Numbered from the stretch's first letter, positions 22,825 through 34,463 are shown. The stretch: DNA of 64,000 bases from an uncultured Sterolibacterium sp. (GCA_903930535.1 CAIYYX010000246.1:29850-93849); one strand, 5' to 3'. The notes: a model not told the origin generated them from the sequence alone. Numbers and translations: made by a program.

Positions 22825-24120
22825 TTATCGCTTGGCTATCGGCACCACGTCCCGGCGTGTGGCACCGACATACAACTGGCGCGGACGGCCGATCTTCTGT
22901 TCCGGATCGGAAATCATCTCGTTCCATTGCGCGATCCAGCCGACAGTGCGCGCCAGCGAGAATATGCCGGTGAAGAGTTGGGTCGGAATCCCCAAGGCAT
23001 GCTGGACGATGCCAGAGTAGAAATCGACATTGGGATAGAGTTTTTTCTCGATGAAGTAGTCGTCTTCCAGCGCGATTTTCTCCAAAGCGAGCGCCAGTTT
23101 GAACAGCGGATCGTCGTTGAGTCCCAGTTCATTCAACACATCCCGGCAGGTCTCGCGCATCAGCTTGGCGCGCGGGTCGAAGTTCTTGTAGACGCGGTGG
23201 CCAAAACCCATCAACTTGAAGGTGTCGTTCTTGTCCTTGGCGCGCTTGATGTATTCACCGACGCGGGAGACATCGCCGATCTCCTGCAGCATCTTGAGAC
23301 AGGCTTCGTTGGCGCCGCCGTGCGCCGGACCCCAGAGGCAGGCGATGCCGGCGGAGATGCAGGCGTAGGGATTGGCGCCGGAAGAACCCGCCAGGCGCAC
23401 CGTCGAGGTCGAGGCATTCTGTTCGTGGTCGGCGTGCAGGATGAGGATGCGGTCCAGGGCGCGGGCAAGCACCGGATTCGGCTTGTAGGTCTCGCAGGGA
23501 GTGGCGAACATCATGTGCAGGAAATTCCCCGCATAGTCGAGATCGTTACGCGGATACATGAAGGGTTGGCCAACACCGTACTTGTAGGCCATGGCGGCGA
23601 TGGTCGGCATCTTGGCGATCAAGCGGAAGGCCGATATGTCGCGATGCCTCTGGTCGGTGATATCCATGGAGTCGTGGTAGAAGGCGGAGAGCGCGCCCAC
23701 CACCCCGACCATCACCGCCATCGGGTGTGCGTCGCGGCGGAAGCCCTGGTAGAAGCGGCCCAGTTGCTCATGCACCATGGTATGGTTCTGGATGATATGG
23801 ACGAACTCGGCCTTTTCCTGGGCATTGGGCAGTTCGCCGCGCAAGAGGAGTTGGCACACTTCCATGAAGTCGCAATGCTCGGCCAGTTGCTCAATCGGAT
23901 AGCCCCGATAGAGCAACTCGCCCTTGTCGCCGTCGATATAGGTGATCGCCGACATGCAACTGCCGGTGGACATGAAACCCGGATCGAAGGTGAAAGCGCC
24001 CGTTTTGGCGTAGAGGCTGCGGATATCGACCACATCGGGGCCTATGGTCCCCGCGTGCACCGGAAATTCGACGGACTTGCCCTCGAGCGTGAAAGTCGCA
24101 TTCTTCTTTTGCGTATCCAT
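22825..24120 (-). CDS. gltA: Citrate synthase (type II)
   Basis: ...[27 protein letters not shown]...[14 protein letters not shown]. The second ATG (24120) is better spaced from GGAGA than the first (24126). Confidence 0.95.
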   Translation of the reverse strand: MDTQKKNATFTLEGKSVEFPVHAGTIGPDVVDIRSLYAKTGAFTFDPGFMSTGSCMSAITYIDGDKGELLYRGYPIEQLAEHCDFMEVCQLLLRGELPNAQEKAEFVHIIQNHTMVHEQLGRFYQGFRRDAHPMAVMVGVVGALSAFYHDSMDITDQRHRDISAFRLIAKMPTIAAMAYKYGVGQPFMYPRNDLDYAGNFLHMMFATPCETYKPNPVLARALDRILILHADHEQNASTSTVRLAGSSGANPYACISAGIACLWGPAHGGANEACLKMLQEIGDVSRVGEYIKRAKDKNDTFKLMGFGHRVYKNFDPRAKLMRETCRDVLNELGLNDDPLFKLALALEKIALEDDYFIEKKLYPNVDFYSGIVQHALGIPTQLFTGIFSLARTVGWIAQWNEMISDPEQKIGRPRQLYVGATRRDVVPIAKR

Positions 24121-24172
24121 AGCCATTCTCCCCTGTCAATGTTCAAACCGCGCTACCCCGACGCTACCCGCG

Positions 24173-24415
24173 TCAAGGCTCACGCAGCAGTTCTATCATG
24201 CCCTGCAATCGCGAATCGCCTATGCCCTGGCGAGCGCAAATGATGTCCCACAAATCATTCTCTTCCAAAGCCAAAACCTGTTCCAGAGCCTCGGCCTGCC
24301 CTTCGTCCAACGTTTCGCCATGACGCAGCCAGAAACGCTCCAGCACCAGATCCAACTCCAGCAGACCGCGCCGTGAATGCCAACGCAGCCGGTTGAGGCG
24401 TGCTGCATCCGTCAT
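24173..24415 (-). CDS. sdhE: Succinate dehydrogenase flavinylation factor SdhE (DUF339)
   Basis: 80 aa with LRWHSRRGLLELDLVL (RGxxE motif). The ATG overlaps the sdhB stop (ATGA). Confidence 0.8.
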   Translation of the reverse strand: MTDAARLNRLRWHSRRGLLELDLVLERFWLRHGETLDEGQAEALEQVLALEENDLWDIICARQGIGDSRLQGMIELLREP

Positions 24416-25116
24416 ACCAGACGCCGCACCATCAAGTCCTTGATCTTGCCGATCGCCTTGGTCGGATTGAGCCCCTTGGGGCAGGCATCGACGCAGTTCA
24501 TGATGGAATGGCAGCGGAACAGCCGGTAGGGATCTTCAAGGTCGTCAAGGCGTTCACTGGTGGCCTGATCGCGTGTGTCGGCGATGAAGCGGTAGGCGGC
24601 CAGGAGGCCGGCCGGGCCGACGAACTTGTCGGGATTCCACCAGAACGACGGGCAGGAGGTCGAGCAACAGGCGCACATGATGCACTCGTAGAGGCCATTC
24701 AATTCCTCGCGCTCTTCAGGCGATTGCAGGCGCTCGCGCTCGGGCGGATGATCGTTGTTGATGAGGTAAGGCTTGATCGAGTGGTACTGCTTGAAGAACT
24801 GCGTCATGTCCACGATCAGATCGCGAATCACCGGCAGACCCGGCAAGGGCCGCAACATGATGGGTTGCTTCAGGCTATCGATGTCGGTCAAACAGGCCAG
24901 ACCGTTCTTGCCGTTGATGTTCATCGCGTCCGAGCCGCATACGCCTTCTCGGCAGGAGCGGCGGAAAGCGATCGAGTCGTCCTGGTACTTCGCCTTCACC
25001 AGGATGTCGAGAAGTTTGCGATCGGAGGCTTCCCGTTCGACCGTGACGTCCTCCATGTAGGGTTTTTCATCCTTGTCCGGATCGTAGCGATAAATCCTGA
25101 ATTTCACAGTGGCCAT
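24412..25116 (-). CDS. sdhB: Succinate dehydrogenase iron-sulfur subunit
   Basis: Internal ATG at 25116: MATVKFRIYRYDPDKDEKPYM...CREGVCGSDAMNING...CIMCACCSTSCPS...CHSIMNCVDACPKG. Confidence 0.95.
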   Translation of the reverse strand: MATVKFRIYRYDPDKDEKPYMEDVTVEREASDRKLLDILVKAKYQDDSIAFRRSCREGVCGSDAMNINGKNGLACLTDIDSLKQPIMLRPLPGLPVIRDLIVDMTQFFKQYHSIKPYLINNDHPPERERLQSPEEREELNGLYECIMCACCSTSCPSFWWNPDKFVGPAGLLAAYRFIADTRDQATSERLDDLEDPYRLFRCHSIMNCVDACPKGLNPTKAIGKIKDLMVRRLV

Positions 25117-25130
25117 GACTGCTCCTAATC

Positions 25131-26909
25131 CTAATACACGCGCTTCTTGAGTTCGATGCTGTCGACCGACAGCGGTTTCATCTGCACCGGCTTGAAGTCC
25201 AGTCGATTGCCCTCGCGGTGCCACAGCGTGTGCTTGAGCCAATTGGCGTCATCGCGATCCGGGAAGTCCTCGCGCGCCTGGGCGCCCCGCGACTCGCGGC
25301 GTGCTTCGGCGGAAACCATGGTCGCCTTGGCGACCTCGATCAGGTTATCCAGTTCCAGCGCCTCGAGGCGCGCGGTGTTGAACACCTGGGACTTGTCGCG
25401 GATTTCGGTGACCATCACCTGTTTTTCGACCTCGAGGATTTTCGTCACCCCCTGGGCGAGCATGTCGGGAAAACGGAAGACGCCGCAGTGATCCTGCATG
25501 ACGCGCCGCATCGCAAGTTGCACTTCATGCACGTTGGCTCCGCTCTGCTGGTTTTCCAGGCGCGCCAGGCGCGATCGGGCCAGGTCAGACCCGTCCTGCG
25601 GCAGTTCCTTGTGCGCGGCTGGCATGGCCTTGATGTCAGACACCATCGACTCGCCGGCCGACTTGCCGAACACCAGAAGGTCAAGCAGTGAATTCGTACC
25701 CAGGCGGTTGGCGCCGTGCACAGAGGCGCAGGCGCACTCGCCGGCAGCGTAGAAGCCGGGGACGACGGCGTCATGGCGGCCATCCTTGGTCACCACCACC
25801 TGACCGTGATAATTGGTCGGGATGCCGCCCATCATATAGTGGCAGGTCGGCACCACCGGAATGGACTCCTTGATCGGGTCGGTGCCGGCGAACTGCAGGG
25901 ATATCTCGCGTATGCCCGGAAGGCGCTGCATGATGGTCTTGGGATCGAGATGGGTCAGATCCAACAGCAGGTAATCCTTGTCCGGGCCGCAGCCGCGTCC
26001 CTCCTTGATCTCTGTGGCCATCGCCCGGGACACCACGTCGCGCGAGGCGAGATCCTTGGCGTTGGGCGCGTAGCGCTCCATGAAGCGTTCGCCGGTACTG
26101 TTCCGGAGGATGCCGCCTTCGCCGCGCACACCCTCGGTAATGAGCACGCCGGCGCCGGCCACACCGGTTGGGTGGAACTGCCAGAACTCCATGTCCTCCA
26201 GGGGAATACCTGCGCGCGCTGCCATGCCCAGACCGTCACCGGTGTTGATGAAGGCATTGGTCGAAGAATAGTAGATGCGGCCGGCGCCACCAGTGGCGAA
26301 CAGGGTCGCCTTGGCCTGGAAAATGACGACTTCACCCGTCTCCATTTCCATCGCGGTCACACCCAGCACCTGACCGTCGATATCGCGGATCAGGTCGAGC
26401 GCCATCCATTCGACGAAGAACTGCGTGTTGGCGCGAACGTTCCTCTGGTACATCGCGTGCAGCATGGCGTGGCCGGTGCGGTCGGCTGCGGCGCAGGCGC
26501 GACGTACCGGCTTCTCGCCGAAATTCGACATGTGGCCGCCGAACGGACGCTGATAAATCTTGCCGTTTTCCAGGCGGTCGAAGGGCATGCCGTAATGCTC
26601 GAGTTCGACGACGACCTCGTTCGCCTTGCGGCACATGAACTCGATCGCGTCCTGGTCGCCTAACCAATCGGAACCCTTGACGGTGTCGTACATATGCCAT
26701 TGCCAGCTGTCTTCCTCCGAGTTGCCCAGCGATGCAGCGACACCGCCCTGGGCGGCCACGGTATGCGAGCGGGTCGGGAAGACCTTGGAGATGACAGCGG
26801 TCTTCAGGCCGGACTCCGACAACTGGATCGCGGCACGCAGGCCAGCGCCGCCGGCGCCGACAATGATGGCGTCAAATTTCCGGATGGTAGGATGGGCTAG
26901 TTGGTTCAC
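25131..26909 (-). CDS. sdhA: Succinate dehydrogenase flavoprotein subunit
   Basis: ...[18 protein letters not shown]...SHTVAAQGG (covalent FAD His). The likely start is GTG at 26909 with GGAG 9 nt upstream. The track start at 26951 overlaps sdhD. Confidence 0.95.
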   Translation of the reverse strand: MNQLAHPTIRKFDAIIVGAGGAGLRAAIQLSESGLKTAVISKVFPTRSHTVAAQGGVAASLGNSEEDSWQWHMYDTVKGSDWLGDQDAIEFMCRKANEVVVELEHYGMPFDRLENGKIYQRPFGGHMSNFGEKPVRRACAAADRTGHAMLHAMYQRNVRANTQFFVEWMALDLIRDIDGQVLGVTAMEMETGEVVIFQAKATLFATGGAGRIYYSSTNAFINTGDGLGMAARAGIPLEDMEFWQFHPTGVAGAGVLITEGVRGEGGILRNSTGERFMERYAPNAKDLASRDVVSRAMATEIKEGRGCGPDKDYLLLDLTHLDPKTIMQRLPGIREISLQFAGTDPIKESIPVVPTCHYMMGGIPTNYHGQVVVTKDGRHDAVVPGFYAAGECACASVHGANRLGTNSLLDLLVFGKSAGESMVSDIKAMPAAHKELPQDGSDLARSRLARLENQQSGANVHEVQLAMRRVMQDHCGVFRFPDMLAQGVTKILEVEKQVMVTEIRDKSQVFNTARLEALELDNLIEVAKATMVSAEARRESRGAQAREDFPDRDDANWLKHTLWHREGNRLDFKPVQMKPLSVDSIELKKRVY

Positions 26910-26911
26910 AC

Positions 26912-27259
26912 TTACAGTCTCCACAGAATCTGAATAGCCCAGCCGGCACAACCGATGAGCGCGAGAAGCGTCAGGGTATGCATAGCCAAGCGAATACCCA
27001 CGGGCTGGATATAGTCCATCCAGATGTCGCGCACGCCGACCCAGGCGTGGTAACAGAGGCTGACCACGAAAAGGAAGCTGGCAACGCGCATGAAGGTTCC
27101 CGACAGCAGCGAGCGCCAGCCAGCCTGAGTCAGGCTCGGGCCCATGATCAGGGTGCCGCCCAGAATCAGCGTATAGACGAACATCACCACGGCCGTGATG
27201 CGCTGCGCCAGCCAGTCCTTGAGGCCGTAATGGGCGCCGACGACAATGCGCTTCACCAT
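26912..27259 (-). CDS. sdhD: Succinate dehydrogenase membrane anchor subunit
   Basis: Internal ATG at 27259 gives a 115-aa, three-TM protein [24 protein letters not shown]...HAWVGVRDI. It overlaps the sdhC stop by 7 nt. Confidence 0.85.
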   Translation of the reverse strand: MVKRIVVGAHYGLKDWLAQRITAVVMFVYTLILGGTLIMGPSLTQAGWRSLLSGTFMRVASFLFVVSLCYHAWVGVRDIWMDYIQPVGIRLAMHTLTLLALIGCAGWAIQILWRL

Positions 27260-27630
27260 AATCTGGCTCCCAGAATCGCCGTCAGGAGCAGGCTCACGAC
27301 CTGGACGAAGAGAGCGCTGCCGCGTGCTTGTGCGAGATCCACACCGACGTGCACGTCCAGCAGGACGATGCGTATGCCCATGCAGAAATGATGGAGGAAA
27401 GCCCACAGCAGCCCGATCAGGATCAGCTTGATGAGTGGATGACCGACGATAGCCTTGAAGGTTTCGAAGTCCTGGGGGGAACCCAGCGACAGTTGCAAGA
27501 GATAGATCAGGAAGGGCAGCATCAGGAACAGGCCGGCACCGCTGACCCTGTGCAGAATCGAGACAAAACCCGCGAGAGGCAGTCTGATCTCGACGAGATT
27601 CAGATATTTCGGACGCTTTCTGGCAATCAC
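27253..27630 (-). CDS. sdhC: Succinate dehydrogenase cytochrome b556 subunit
   Basis: 125 aa with a GTG start: ...[26 protein letters not shown]. First gene of sdhCDAB. Confidence 0.85.
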   Translation of the reverse strand: MIARKRPKYLNLVEIRLPLAGFVSILHRVSGAGLFLMLPFLIYLLQLSLGSPQDFETFKAIVGHPLIKLILIGLLWAFLHHFCMGIRIVLLDVHVGVDLAQARGSALFVQVVSLLLTAILGARLW

Positions 27631-27737
27631 GGGCTTCGTACTCCCCTATTCGCGGCGTCGCAACGCCATAGAATTATTAAATAAATCCATACTCATACAA
27701 TGATACATCGTCCTGCGTGATCAAAACTTAGCAAAAC

Positions 27738-28481
27738 TCAGAAGAGTTCGTTCAAGTAGTAATGGTCCGCCGTCGAATACAGCCCGCGCCGCCATTCCAC
27801 CGGCTTATCGCCATAGGTGAAACTGACGCGCTCGACGGAGAGCAGCGGCGAACCTGCTGCGACACCCAGCAAAGTGGCACTGCCACGGTCGGCCGCAACC
27901 GCACGCAGACGCTCCTCTGCACGTATCATGCGCACGCCGAAGCGGCTCTCGATCAGGCCATAGAAAGAGCCCTGGTATTCCTGCAGGACTTCCAGGGTGA
28001 GGCCAGCGAAGGTTTCGCCCGGAAGATAGATTTCCTCGATCACCACCGGCTTTGCGCTGAACTTGAGCAAGCGGCGAATGATGGTGATGGGCGCTCCGAG
28101 TTTGATCCCCAGGGTGCGCGCAGCCTCCTGCCCCGCCTTGGCACGCCAGCATTCGAGCGGCACGCTCTGCGACGCCTCAAGTTTGCCGCCCTCGGACACC
28201 AGACGCAGAAAGCGGAACATCAGGCGCGGGTCGTCGTCGTTGTGCGAGGCGACGTAAGTCCCCTTGCCCTGACGGCGCACCAGCAGGTTTTCCGCCGCCA
28301 TTTCGTCGATGGCCTTGCGCACCGTGCCCTGGCTCACGCCAAAACGGGAAGCCAGTTCGGTTTCAGACGGGATGGATTCACCCGGCCGCCATTCGCCGGA
28401 CTCCAAGCCTTGTAAAATCAGACTCTTGATCTGGCGGTAGAGCGGACTGAAGGTGGGAGAGGCGTGCGCTTCTTGCAGCAT
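27738..28481 (-). CDS. GntR-family (HutC/FarR subfamily, UTRA domain) transcriptional regulator
   Basis: LYRQIKSLILQGLESGEWRPGESIPSETELASRFGVSQGTVRKAIDEMAAENLLVRRQGKGTYV. It sits upstream of sdhC and divergent from mdh. Confidence 0.85.
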   Translation of the reverse strand: MLQEAHASPTFSPLYRQIKSLILQGLESGEWRPGESIPSETELASRFGVSQGTVRKAIDEMAAENLLVRRQGKGTYVASHNDDDPRLMFRFLRLVSEGGKLEASQSVPLECWRAKAGQEAARTLGIKLGAPITIIRRLLKFSAKPVVIEEIYLPGETFAGLTLEVLQEYQGSFYGLIESRFGVRMIRAEERLRAVAADRGSATLLGVAAGSPLLSVERVSFTYGDKPVEWRRGLYSTADHYYLNELF

Positions 28482-28526
28482 GAGGCAGATTTCACCATAA
28501 AAGTGCCGTGGCGTCCAGAGCTACAC

Positions 28527-28591
28527 TTATGTCTTATATATGATATATGATAACTATTGACACGGTGCAAAAAACGGATTTAACATCCGTT
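28527..28591. promoter_or_regulatory. AT-rich imperfect palindrome plus a perfect 7-bp inverted repeat in the GntR/mdh divergent intergenic region
   Basis: cttatGTCTTATATATGATATATGATAAC (28527-28556), TTGACA at 28557-28562, and AACGGAT-ttaac-ATCCGTT (28573-28591). These are candidate operator and promoter elements only. Confidence 0.3.
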
Positions 28592-28692
28592 AAAGTTTCT
28601 CGTCCTTGACGCCCTGCTCGCTGCATCGCACCATGCGCGCGCTTCGCGATTGCAAGTACGTTTTTTCTGTCTTTCTGACTCAGGAGTCCATC

Positions 28693-29676
28693 ATGGCCAA
28701 ACCCCCCGTTCGTGTCGCAGTCACCGGCGCCGCCGGACAAATTGGATATAGCCTGCTGTTCCGCATTGCCAGCGGCGAGATGCTGGGCAAGGATCAGCCG
28801 GTGATTCTTCAACTCCTGGAAATCACGCCCACCCTGCCCGCCCTGAAAGGGGTGGTGATGGAACTGGAAGACTGCGCCTTTCCGCTGCTCGCCGGCGTGG
28901 TACAGACCGACGACCCTAAAGTGGCCTTCAAGGATGCCAACGTAGCCCTCCTGGTCGGTGCCCGGCCGAGATCCAAGGGCATGGAGAGGAAGGATCTGCT
29001 CGAAGCCAACGGCGCCATATTCACCGTTCAGGGCCGCGCCATCAACGAAGTCGCCGCCCGTGACATCAAGGTCCTGGTGGTCGGCAATCCGGCCAACACC
29101 AACGCCCTGATCGCCATGAATTCCGCGCCCGATCTGCCGCGCGCAAACTTCACCTCGATGATGCGCCTGGATCACAATCGCGCCCTGTCGCAACTGGCGA
29201 CGCGCACCGGGAAGTCTGTGACCGACATCGAGAAAATGGCCGTCTGGGGCAACCATTCCCCGACCATGTATCCCGACATCCGCTTCGCCACGGTCGCCGG
29301 CAAGAATGCCGTGACCCTGGTCAATGATCAGGCGTGGTATCGCGACACCTTCATCCCCACGGTCGGCAAGCGCGGCGCCGCCATCATCGAGGCACGCGGC
29401 CTGTCGTCAGCCGCCTCAGCCGCCAACGCCGCGATCGGCCACGTGCGCGACTGGACGCTGGGATCGAACGGCCAGTGGGTGACCATGGGCATCTGTTCGG
29501 ACGGATCCTACGGCATTCCTGAAGGCATGATTTACGGTTTCCCCTGCATCTGCGCCAACGGCAAGTACGAGATGGTCAAGGGTCTGGAAATAGACGCCTT
29601 CAGCCGTGAGCGCATGGAATTCACGCTCAAGGAACTGCAGGAAGAGCGCGACGGCGTCAAGCATCTGCTGGGCTGA
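28693..29676 (+). CDS. mdh: Malate dehydrogenase (LDH-like, 327 aa)
   Basis: Internal ATG at 28693 after AGGAG: [44 protein letters not shown]. Confidence 0.95.
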   Translation: MAKPPVRVAVTGAAGQIGYSLLFRIASGEMLGKDQPVILQLLEITPTLPALKGVVMELEDCAFPLLAGVVQTDDPKVAFKDANVALLVGARPRSKGMERKDLLEANGAIFTVQGRAINEVAARDIKVLVVGNPANTNALIAMNSAPDLPRANFTSMMRLDHNRALSQLATRTGKSVTDIEKMAVWGNHSPTMYPDIRFATVAGKNAVTLVNDQAWYRDTFIPTVGKRGAAIIEARGLSSAASAANAAIGHVRDWTLGSNGQWVTMGICSDGSYGIPEGMIYGFPCICANGKYEMVKGLEIDAFSRERMEFTLKELQEERDGVKHLLG

Positions 29677-29703
29677 TTCGGAAGGCACGGGACGAGGGGG
29701 AAT

Positions 29704-30699
29704 ATGGCCACGAAACGGCTCCATCCCGCGTCCGTGCTTTATCGGGGAGGCAAGCCCTTCCCGGCGCTATCCGCCTGCGAGCACTATGCCGGCAGCGAGA
29801 AACTCATCAATAAGGCGCTCAAGTTACAGCAACAACTGGGTGCCATCTTCGATGTCACTTGCGATTGCGAGGATGGCGCTCCGGCAGGGCGGGAAGGCGA
29901 ACATGCGACCATGGTCGCGGCACAGATAGCTTCCGCTGACAACAAGTTCGATCGCGTCGGCGCGCGCATCCACGACATCAGCCACCCGCACTGGCAGGAC
30001 GATGTCGCAACAATCATCGGCGGTGCAGGGAATCGTCTCGCCTATATCGTGCTGCCCAAGGTCGGAAGCATGGATGACGCTCTGGTGCAGATCTCGTTCA
30101 TTGAAGAGGCATGCCGCAGGCACGGCGTCAGCCGAACGATACCCTTGCATGTGCTGATAGAGACGCCGGGAGCACTGCACGAGGCCTGGCAAATCGCCGC
30201 CCTGCCCGGCGTCGAGTCGCTCGACTTCGGCCTGATGGATTTCGTATCAAGCCATCACGGCGCGATTCCCGCCAGCGCCATGAAGAGTCCCGGCCAGTTC
30301 GAGCATCCCCTGATCGCCCGTGCAAAATGCGAAATCGCCGCGGCGGCATTGGGCAACGGCGTAGTGCCGTCGCACAACGTCAGCGTCGAGATCAGAGACA
30401 CATCCGTGGTCTTCGAAGATGCCATGCGCGCCCGCAAGGAGTTCGGATACCTCAGAATGTGGAGCATCCATCCGGCCCAGATCGAACCCATAGTCAAGGC
30501 GATGCGGCCGGATTTCACCGAGGTGGCGGACGCAGCCGACATCCTCCAGGCAGCGCAGGACGCAGACTGGGGCCCGATCCAGCAAGAGGGCAAACTGCAC
30601 GACAGGGCCTCTTATCGTTACTACTGGGAACTCCTCGCCAGAGCCCATGCCACGGGCATGGAGTTGCCGGGAAGCGCCTCGCAAAGATTTTTTCAGTAA
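29704..30699 (+). CDS. HpcH/HpaI aldolase - citrate lyase beta (CitE)-like acyl-CoA lyase family protein
   Basis: 331 aa: ...FDVTCDCEDGAP...YIVLPKV...LIETPGAL...DFGLMDF...WSIHPAQI. Family-level call only. Confidence 0.75.
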   Translation: MATKRLHPASVLYRGGKPFPALSACEHYAGSEKLINKALKLQQQLGAIFDVTCDCEDGAPAGREGEHATMVAAQIASADNKFDRVGARIHDISHPHWQDDVATIIGGAGNRLAYIVLPKVGSMDDALVQISFIEEACRRHGVSRTIPLHVLIETPGALHEAWQIAALPGVESLDFGLMDFVSSHHGAIPASAMKSPGQFEHPLIARAKCEIAAAALGNGVVPSHNVSVEIRDTSVVFEDAMRARKEFGYLRMWSIHPAQIEPIVKAMRPDFTEVADAADILQAAQDADWGPIQQEGKLHDRASYRYYWELLARAHATGMELPGSASQRFFQ

Positions 30700-30723
30700 A
30701 CCCATTTCAGAAAGGATTTCGCC

Positions 30724-33288
30724 GTGCTAACAGCCTATCGCCAACATGTCGCCGAGCGCGCTTCGCTTGGCATTCCGCCCCTGCCGCTCTCCGCAGTGCA
30801 GACAGCCGAACTGGTCGAACTGCTGAAAAATCCGCCCAAGGGGGAGGAAGCATTCCTGGTCGATCTTATCACCCACCGCGTGCCAGCAGGCGTGGACGAC
30901 GCCGCCAAGGTGAAAGCCTCCTTCCTCGCCGCAGTTGCACTGGGCAAGGAAACCTGTCCGTTGCTCTCCCGCGAGAGCGCCACCGAACTTCTCGGCACCA
31001 TGCTCGGCGGCTACAACGTCGGGCCTCTGATCGAACTCCTGGACGATGCCAAGATCGGAGCGATCGCTGCAGCGGGTCTGTCGAAGACGCTGCTGATATT
31101 CGATGCCTTCCACGACGTCAAGGACAGAGCCGACAAAGGCAACGCCAACGCGAAGAAGGTCCTGCAGTCCTGGGCCGATGCCGAGTGGTTCACCTCCCAT
31201 CCGGAAGTGCCCAAGTCCATTTCGCTGACCGTCTTCAAGGTTCCCGGAGAAACCAACACCGATGACCTCTCGCCGGCGCCCGATGCCTGGAGCCGCCCCG
31301 ACATTCCCTTCCATGCCCTGGCAATGCTGAAGAATCCGCGGCCGGGCCTGGCAGAAAAGCCGCTCGCGCTCATCGTCGAACTGAAGAAGAAGGGCCACCC
31401 CATCGCCTATGTCGGCGACGTCGTCGGCACCGGCTCTTCGAGAAAGTCTGCGACCAATTCCGTGCTCTGGTATACGGGCGCAGACATTCCCTTCGTACCC
31501 AACAAACGCTACGGCGGCTTCTGCCTGGGCGCCAAGATTGCTCCTATCTTCTTCAACACCATGGAAGATGCCGGCGCCCTGCCCATCGAACTTGATACCT
31601 CCAAGATGGAGATGGGCGATGTCATCGAGCTTCGCCCCTATGAAGGCAAGGCATTCAAGAACGGCGCACTGATCACCGAATTCACCGTCAAGTCCGGAGT
31701 TCTCTTCGACGAAGTTCGCGCCGGCGGCCGTATCCCGCTGATCATAGGCAGGAGCCTCACCGCCAAGGCGCGCGACGCGCTGGGTCTGCCGCCCTCGACG
31801 CTGTTCTGCCTGCCGCAGAACCCCAAGGACTCAGGCAAGGGCTACACCCTGGCGCAGAAAATGGTCGGCCGCGCCTGCGGCCTGCCGGAGGGCCGCGGCG
31901 TTATCCCCGGCACCTATTGCGAACCCAAGATGAGCGCCGTAGGCAGCCAGGACACCACGGGGCCGATGACCCGCGACGAATTGAAGGATCTGGCCTGTCT
32001 GGGCTTTTCCGCAGACCTGGTGATGCAGTCCTTCTGCCACACCGCGGCCTATCCCAAGCCCGTCGACGTCCAGACACAACACGAACTGCCAGCCTTCATT
32101 TCCAACCGCGGCGGCATCTCCCTGCGTCCGGGCGACGGCATCATCCATTCCTGGTTGAACCGCATGCTGCTGCCCGACACCTGCGGCACAGGGGGAGATT
32201 CACACACCCGTTTCCCGATCGGCATTTCCTTCCCGGCGGGCTCAGGCCTGGTCGCCTTCGCCGCAGCCACCGGCGTCATGCCCCTCGACATGCCGGAATC
32301 CGTCCTGATACGTTTCAAGGGCGAGATGCAACCTGGCATCACGCTGCGCGATCTGGTCAATGCCATCCCTCTCTACGCCATCAAGGCAGGCCTCCTCACC
32401 GTGGAGAAGAAGGGCAAGAAGAACGCCTTTTCCGGCAAGATTCTCGAGATCGAAGGCTTGCCGAAATTGAAAGTGGAGCAGGCCTTCGAGTTGTCAGACG
32501 CCTCCGCCGAGCGCTCCGCCGCCGGCTGCACGGTTCGTCTCGACAAGGAGCCCATCATCGAGTATCTGAACTCGAACATCACCCTGTTGAAGTGGCTGAT
32601 TGCCACCGGCTATGAGGACAAGCGCACGATTACGCGACGCATCAAGGCCATGGAGACCTGGATAGCCAAGCCCGAACTCCTGGTCCCCGATGCGAACGCA
32701 GAATACGCCCACGTCATCGAAATCAACTTGGCTGAAATCAAGGAGCCCATCCTCGCCTGCCCGAACGACCCGGATGACGTCAAAGTCCTCTCGGAAGTCG
32801 CTGGCGACAAGATCGACGAGGTGTTCATCGGCAGCTGCATGACCAACATCGGCCATTTCCGCGCGGCTTCGAAACTGCTCGAGGGCAAGACCGACCTGCC
32901 GGTTCGCCTTTGGATCGCGCCGCCAACCAAGATGGACCAGAGGCTGCTTTCCGAGGAAGGCCACTATGCCGTCCTGGGTGGCACCGGCGCGCGCATGGAA
33001 ATGCCCGGCTGTTCCCTGTGCATGGGCAACCAGGCCTCGATCAAGAAGGGTTCGACCGCGGTGTCCACTTCGACACGCAATTTCCCCAACCGCCTTGGCC
33101 TGGATACCCGCGTCTATCTGTCCTCTGCGGAACTGGCCTCGGTCTGTGCGCTTCTGGGAAAGATACCGACGGTGGCGGAGTATATGGCCAACATAGGCGT
33201 GCTGGCCAAGAGTGCCGACAACATCTACCGCTACATGAACTTCGACAAAATACCGGAGTTCAAGGACGTCGCCGACAAGGTGATGTAG
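30724..33288 (+). CDS. acnB: Aconitate hydratase B / 2-methylisocitrate dehydratase
   Basis: GTG start. [68 protein letters not shown] is collinear with the E. coli AcnB N-terminus. 854 aa. Confidence 0.95.
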   Translation: MLTAYRQHVAERASLGIPPLPLSAVQTAELVELLKNPPKGEEAFLVDLITHRVPAGVDDAAKVKASFLAAVALGKETCPLLSRESATELLGTMLGGYNVGPLIELLDDAKIGAIAAAGLSKTLLIFDAFHDVKDRADKGNANAKKVLQSWADAEWFTSHPEVPKSISLTVFKVPGETNTDDLSPAPDAWSRPDIPFHALAMLKNPRPGLAEKPLALIVELKKKGHPIAYVGDVVGTGSSRKSATNSVLWYTGADIPFVPNKRYGGFCLGAKIAPIFFNTMEDAGALPIELDTSKMEMGDVIELRPYEGKAFKNGALITEFTVKSGVLFDEVRAGGRIPLIIGRSLTAKARDALGLPPSTLFCLPQNPKDSGKGYTLAQKMVGRACGLPEGRGVIPGTYCEPKMSAVGSQDTTGPMTRDELKDLACLGFSADLVMQSFCHTAAYPKPVDVQTQHELPAFISNRGGISLRPGDGIIHSWLNRMLLPDTCGTGGDSHTRFPIGISFPAGSGLVAFAAATGVMPLDMPESVLIRFKGEMQPGITLRDLVNAIPLYAIKAGLLTVEKKGKKNAFSGKILEIEGLPKLKVEQAFELSDASAERSAAGCTVRLDKEPIIEYLNSNITLLKWLIATGYEDKRTITRRIKAMETWIAKPELLVPDANAEYAHVIEINLAEIKEPILACPNDPDDVKVLSEVAGDKIDEVFIGSCMTNIGHFRAASKLLEGKTDLPVRLWIAPPTKMDQRLLSEEGHYAVLGGTGARMEMPGCSLCMGNQASIKKGSTAVSTSTRNFPNRLGLDTRVYLSSAELASVCALLGKIPTVAEYMANIGVLAKSADNIYRYMNFDKIPEFKDVADKVM

Positions 33289-33295
33289 GTCAGCC

Positions 33296-33320
33296 GTCGG
33301 TCCCGTGGTGCGGGACCGAC
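33296..33320. terminator. Bidirectional hairpin between the convergent acnB and NHL-protein genes
   Basis: gtcggtcccg-tggtg-cgggaccgac, a perfect 10-bp stem. Confidence 0.6.
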
Positions 33321-33327
33321 GTGGTTC

Positions 33328-34431
33328 TTACTGCACGCGCTTGAAACGCTGGATGCGTTTTCCCGTGTCCACCTCGGCGGTGTAGACGCTGCCTTCGTGG
33401 TCCACCGCGATGTTATGGACCCAATGGAAATCACCGGCCTGTCGCCCCGGCCGACCGAATGCGCCCAGGCGCTCACCCGTTTCACGCAGCAGGATGTGCA
33501 CCTCGTTGTTGGTGCCGTCTGCCACCAGCAGATAACGCTGCCCCGGGTCTTCCGATGGAATCAGATCCCAAGTCGAACCGGAGCCGCGGGAAGCGGGCTC
33601 GAGCGTAATCTGGCGCACGAATTCCCCGTTCTTGCGAAACACCTGGATGCGGTTGTTCATGCGGTCGCAGACGTAGAGCAGATTGTCACGGAGCAGACGG
33701 ACGCAATGCACGGGATTGCCAAATTGTGCCGACTCGGTGTTGTAGTCAGGAGTCTTTGTGTCGTCAGGCCGGTTGCCATAAGCGCCCCAGTGGCGCTTGT
33801 AGGCGCCGCTTGAGGCGTCGAACACGATCACCCGGCGATTCTGGTAACCGTCTGCCACATAGAGTTCGTTGGCGACGGCATCCATTTCCATATGGGCAGG
33901 CCGACCGAGCTGATCATGCGCGTTGCTGCCAAGACTCATACCCGGCTTGCCGATCTGCATCAGGAATTTCCCCTCGGCGGTAAACTTGAGCAGCATGTGG
34001 TCGGTCGTCGCATTGCCGCCAATCCAGACGCCGCCCTTCGGGTCGACATAGATGCCATGTTCGTTTTTCGGCCAGTCATAGCCCGAACCGGGACCGCCCC
34101 ATGATTTCAGGAGATTGCCGGCGCGGTCGAATTGCAGAACCGGAGGGGCCGCGCTGCAGCACTTGGAACGTCTCGGGGTCAGCGTCGAACCGCGCTCGTC
34201 TTCGGTGAGCGTAGCGGGTCGGTGGATGACCCAGATGTGGTCTTCCGAGTCGGTCGCAATGCCGGCGACTTGACCGAGTATCCAATTGTTGGGCAAGGGC
34301 TTGGGCCAGTATGGGTCCACCGCATAGCGCGGCCCTGCGGCAGCACCCTCGACGCGCTGCGCCAGGGCAAGACTGCTCACGAACAAGGACAGGAGAAGCG
34401 CAAGAACAGCTTGCAAGTAGCGTTTATGCAT
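33328..34431 (-). CDS. Secreted NHL-repeat / six-bladed beta-propeller protein (peptidyl-alpha-hydroxyglycine lyase-like)
   Basis: Signal peptide MHKRYLQAVLALLLSLFVSSLALAQ. Repeated blade motifs occur throughout (e.g. GIATDSEDHIWV, GIYVDPKGGVWI, ELYVADGYQNRRVIVF, LLYVCDRMNNRIQVF, YLLVADGTNNEVHIL, SVYTAEVDTGKRIQRF). Confidence 0.7.
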   Translation of the reverse strand: MHKRYLQAVLALLLSLFVSSLALAQRVEGAAAGPRYAVDPYWPKPLPNNWILGQVAGIATDSEDHIWVIHRPATLTEDERGSTLTPRRSKCCSAAPPVLQFDRAGNLLKSWGGPGSGYDWPKNEHGIYVDPKGGVWIGGNATTDHMLLKFTAEGKFLMQIGKPGMSLGSNAHDQLGRPAHMEMDAVANELYVADGYQNRRVIVFDASSGAYKRHWGAYGNRPDDTKTPDYNTESAQFGNPVHCVRLLRDNLLYVCDRMNNRIQVFRKNGEFVRQITLEPASRGSGSTWDLIPSEDPGQRYLLVADGTNNEVHILLRETGERLGAFGRPGRQAGDFHWVHNIAVDHEGSVYTAEVDTGKRIQRFKRVQ

Positions 34432-34463
34432 ATTGCCTCCAACGATGAAATTGTCGTGGAAGA

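Noticed and set aside
21084-24243. 629-aa and 486-aa plus-strand ORFs opposite sucA and gltA
   Set aside because: Same explanation. Both start coordinates share phase modulo 3 with the sense codons (21084 with 19971; 22783 with 22825). The sense genes have unmistakable family signatures and the shadows have none.
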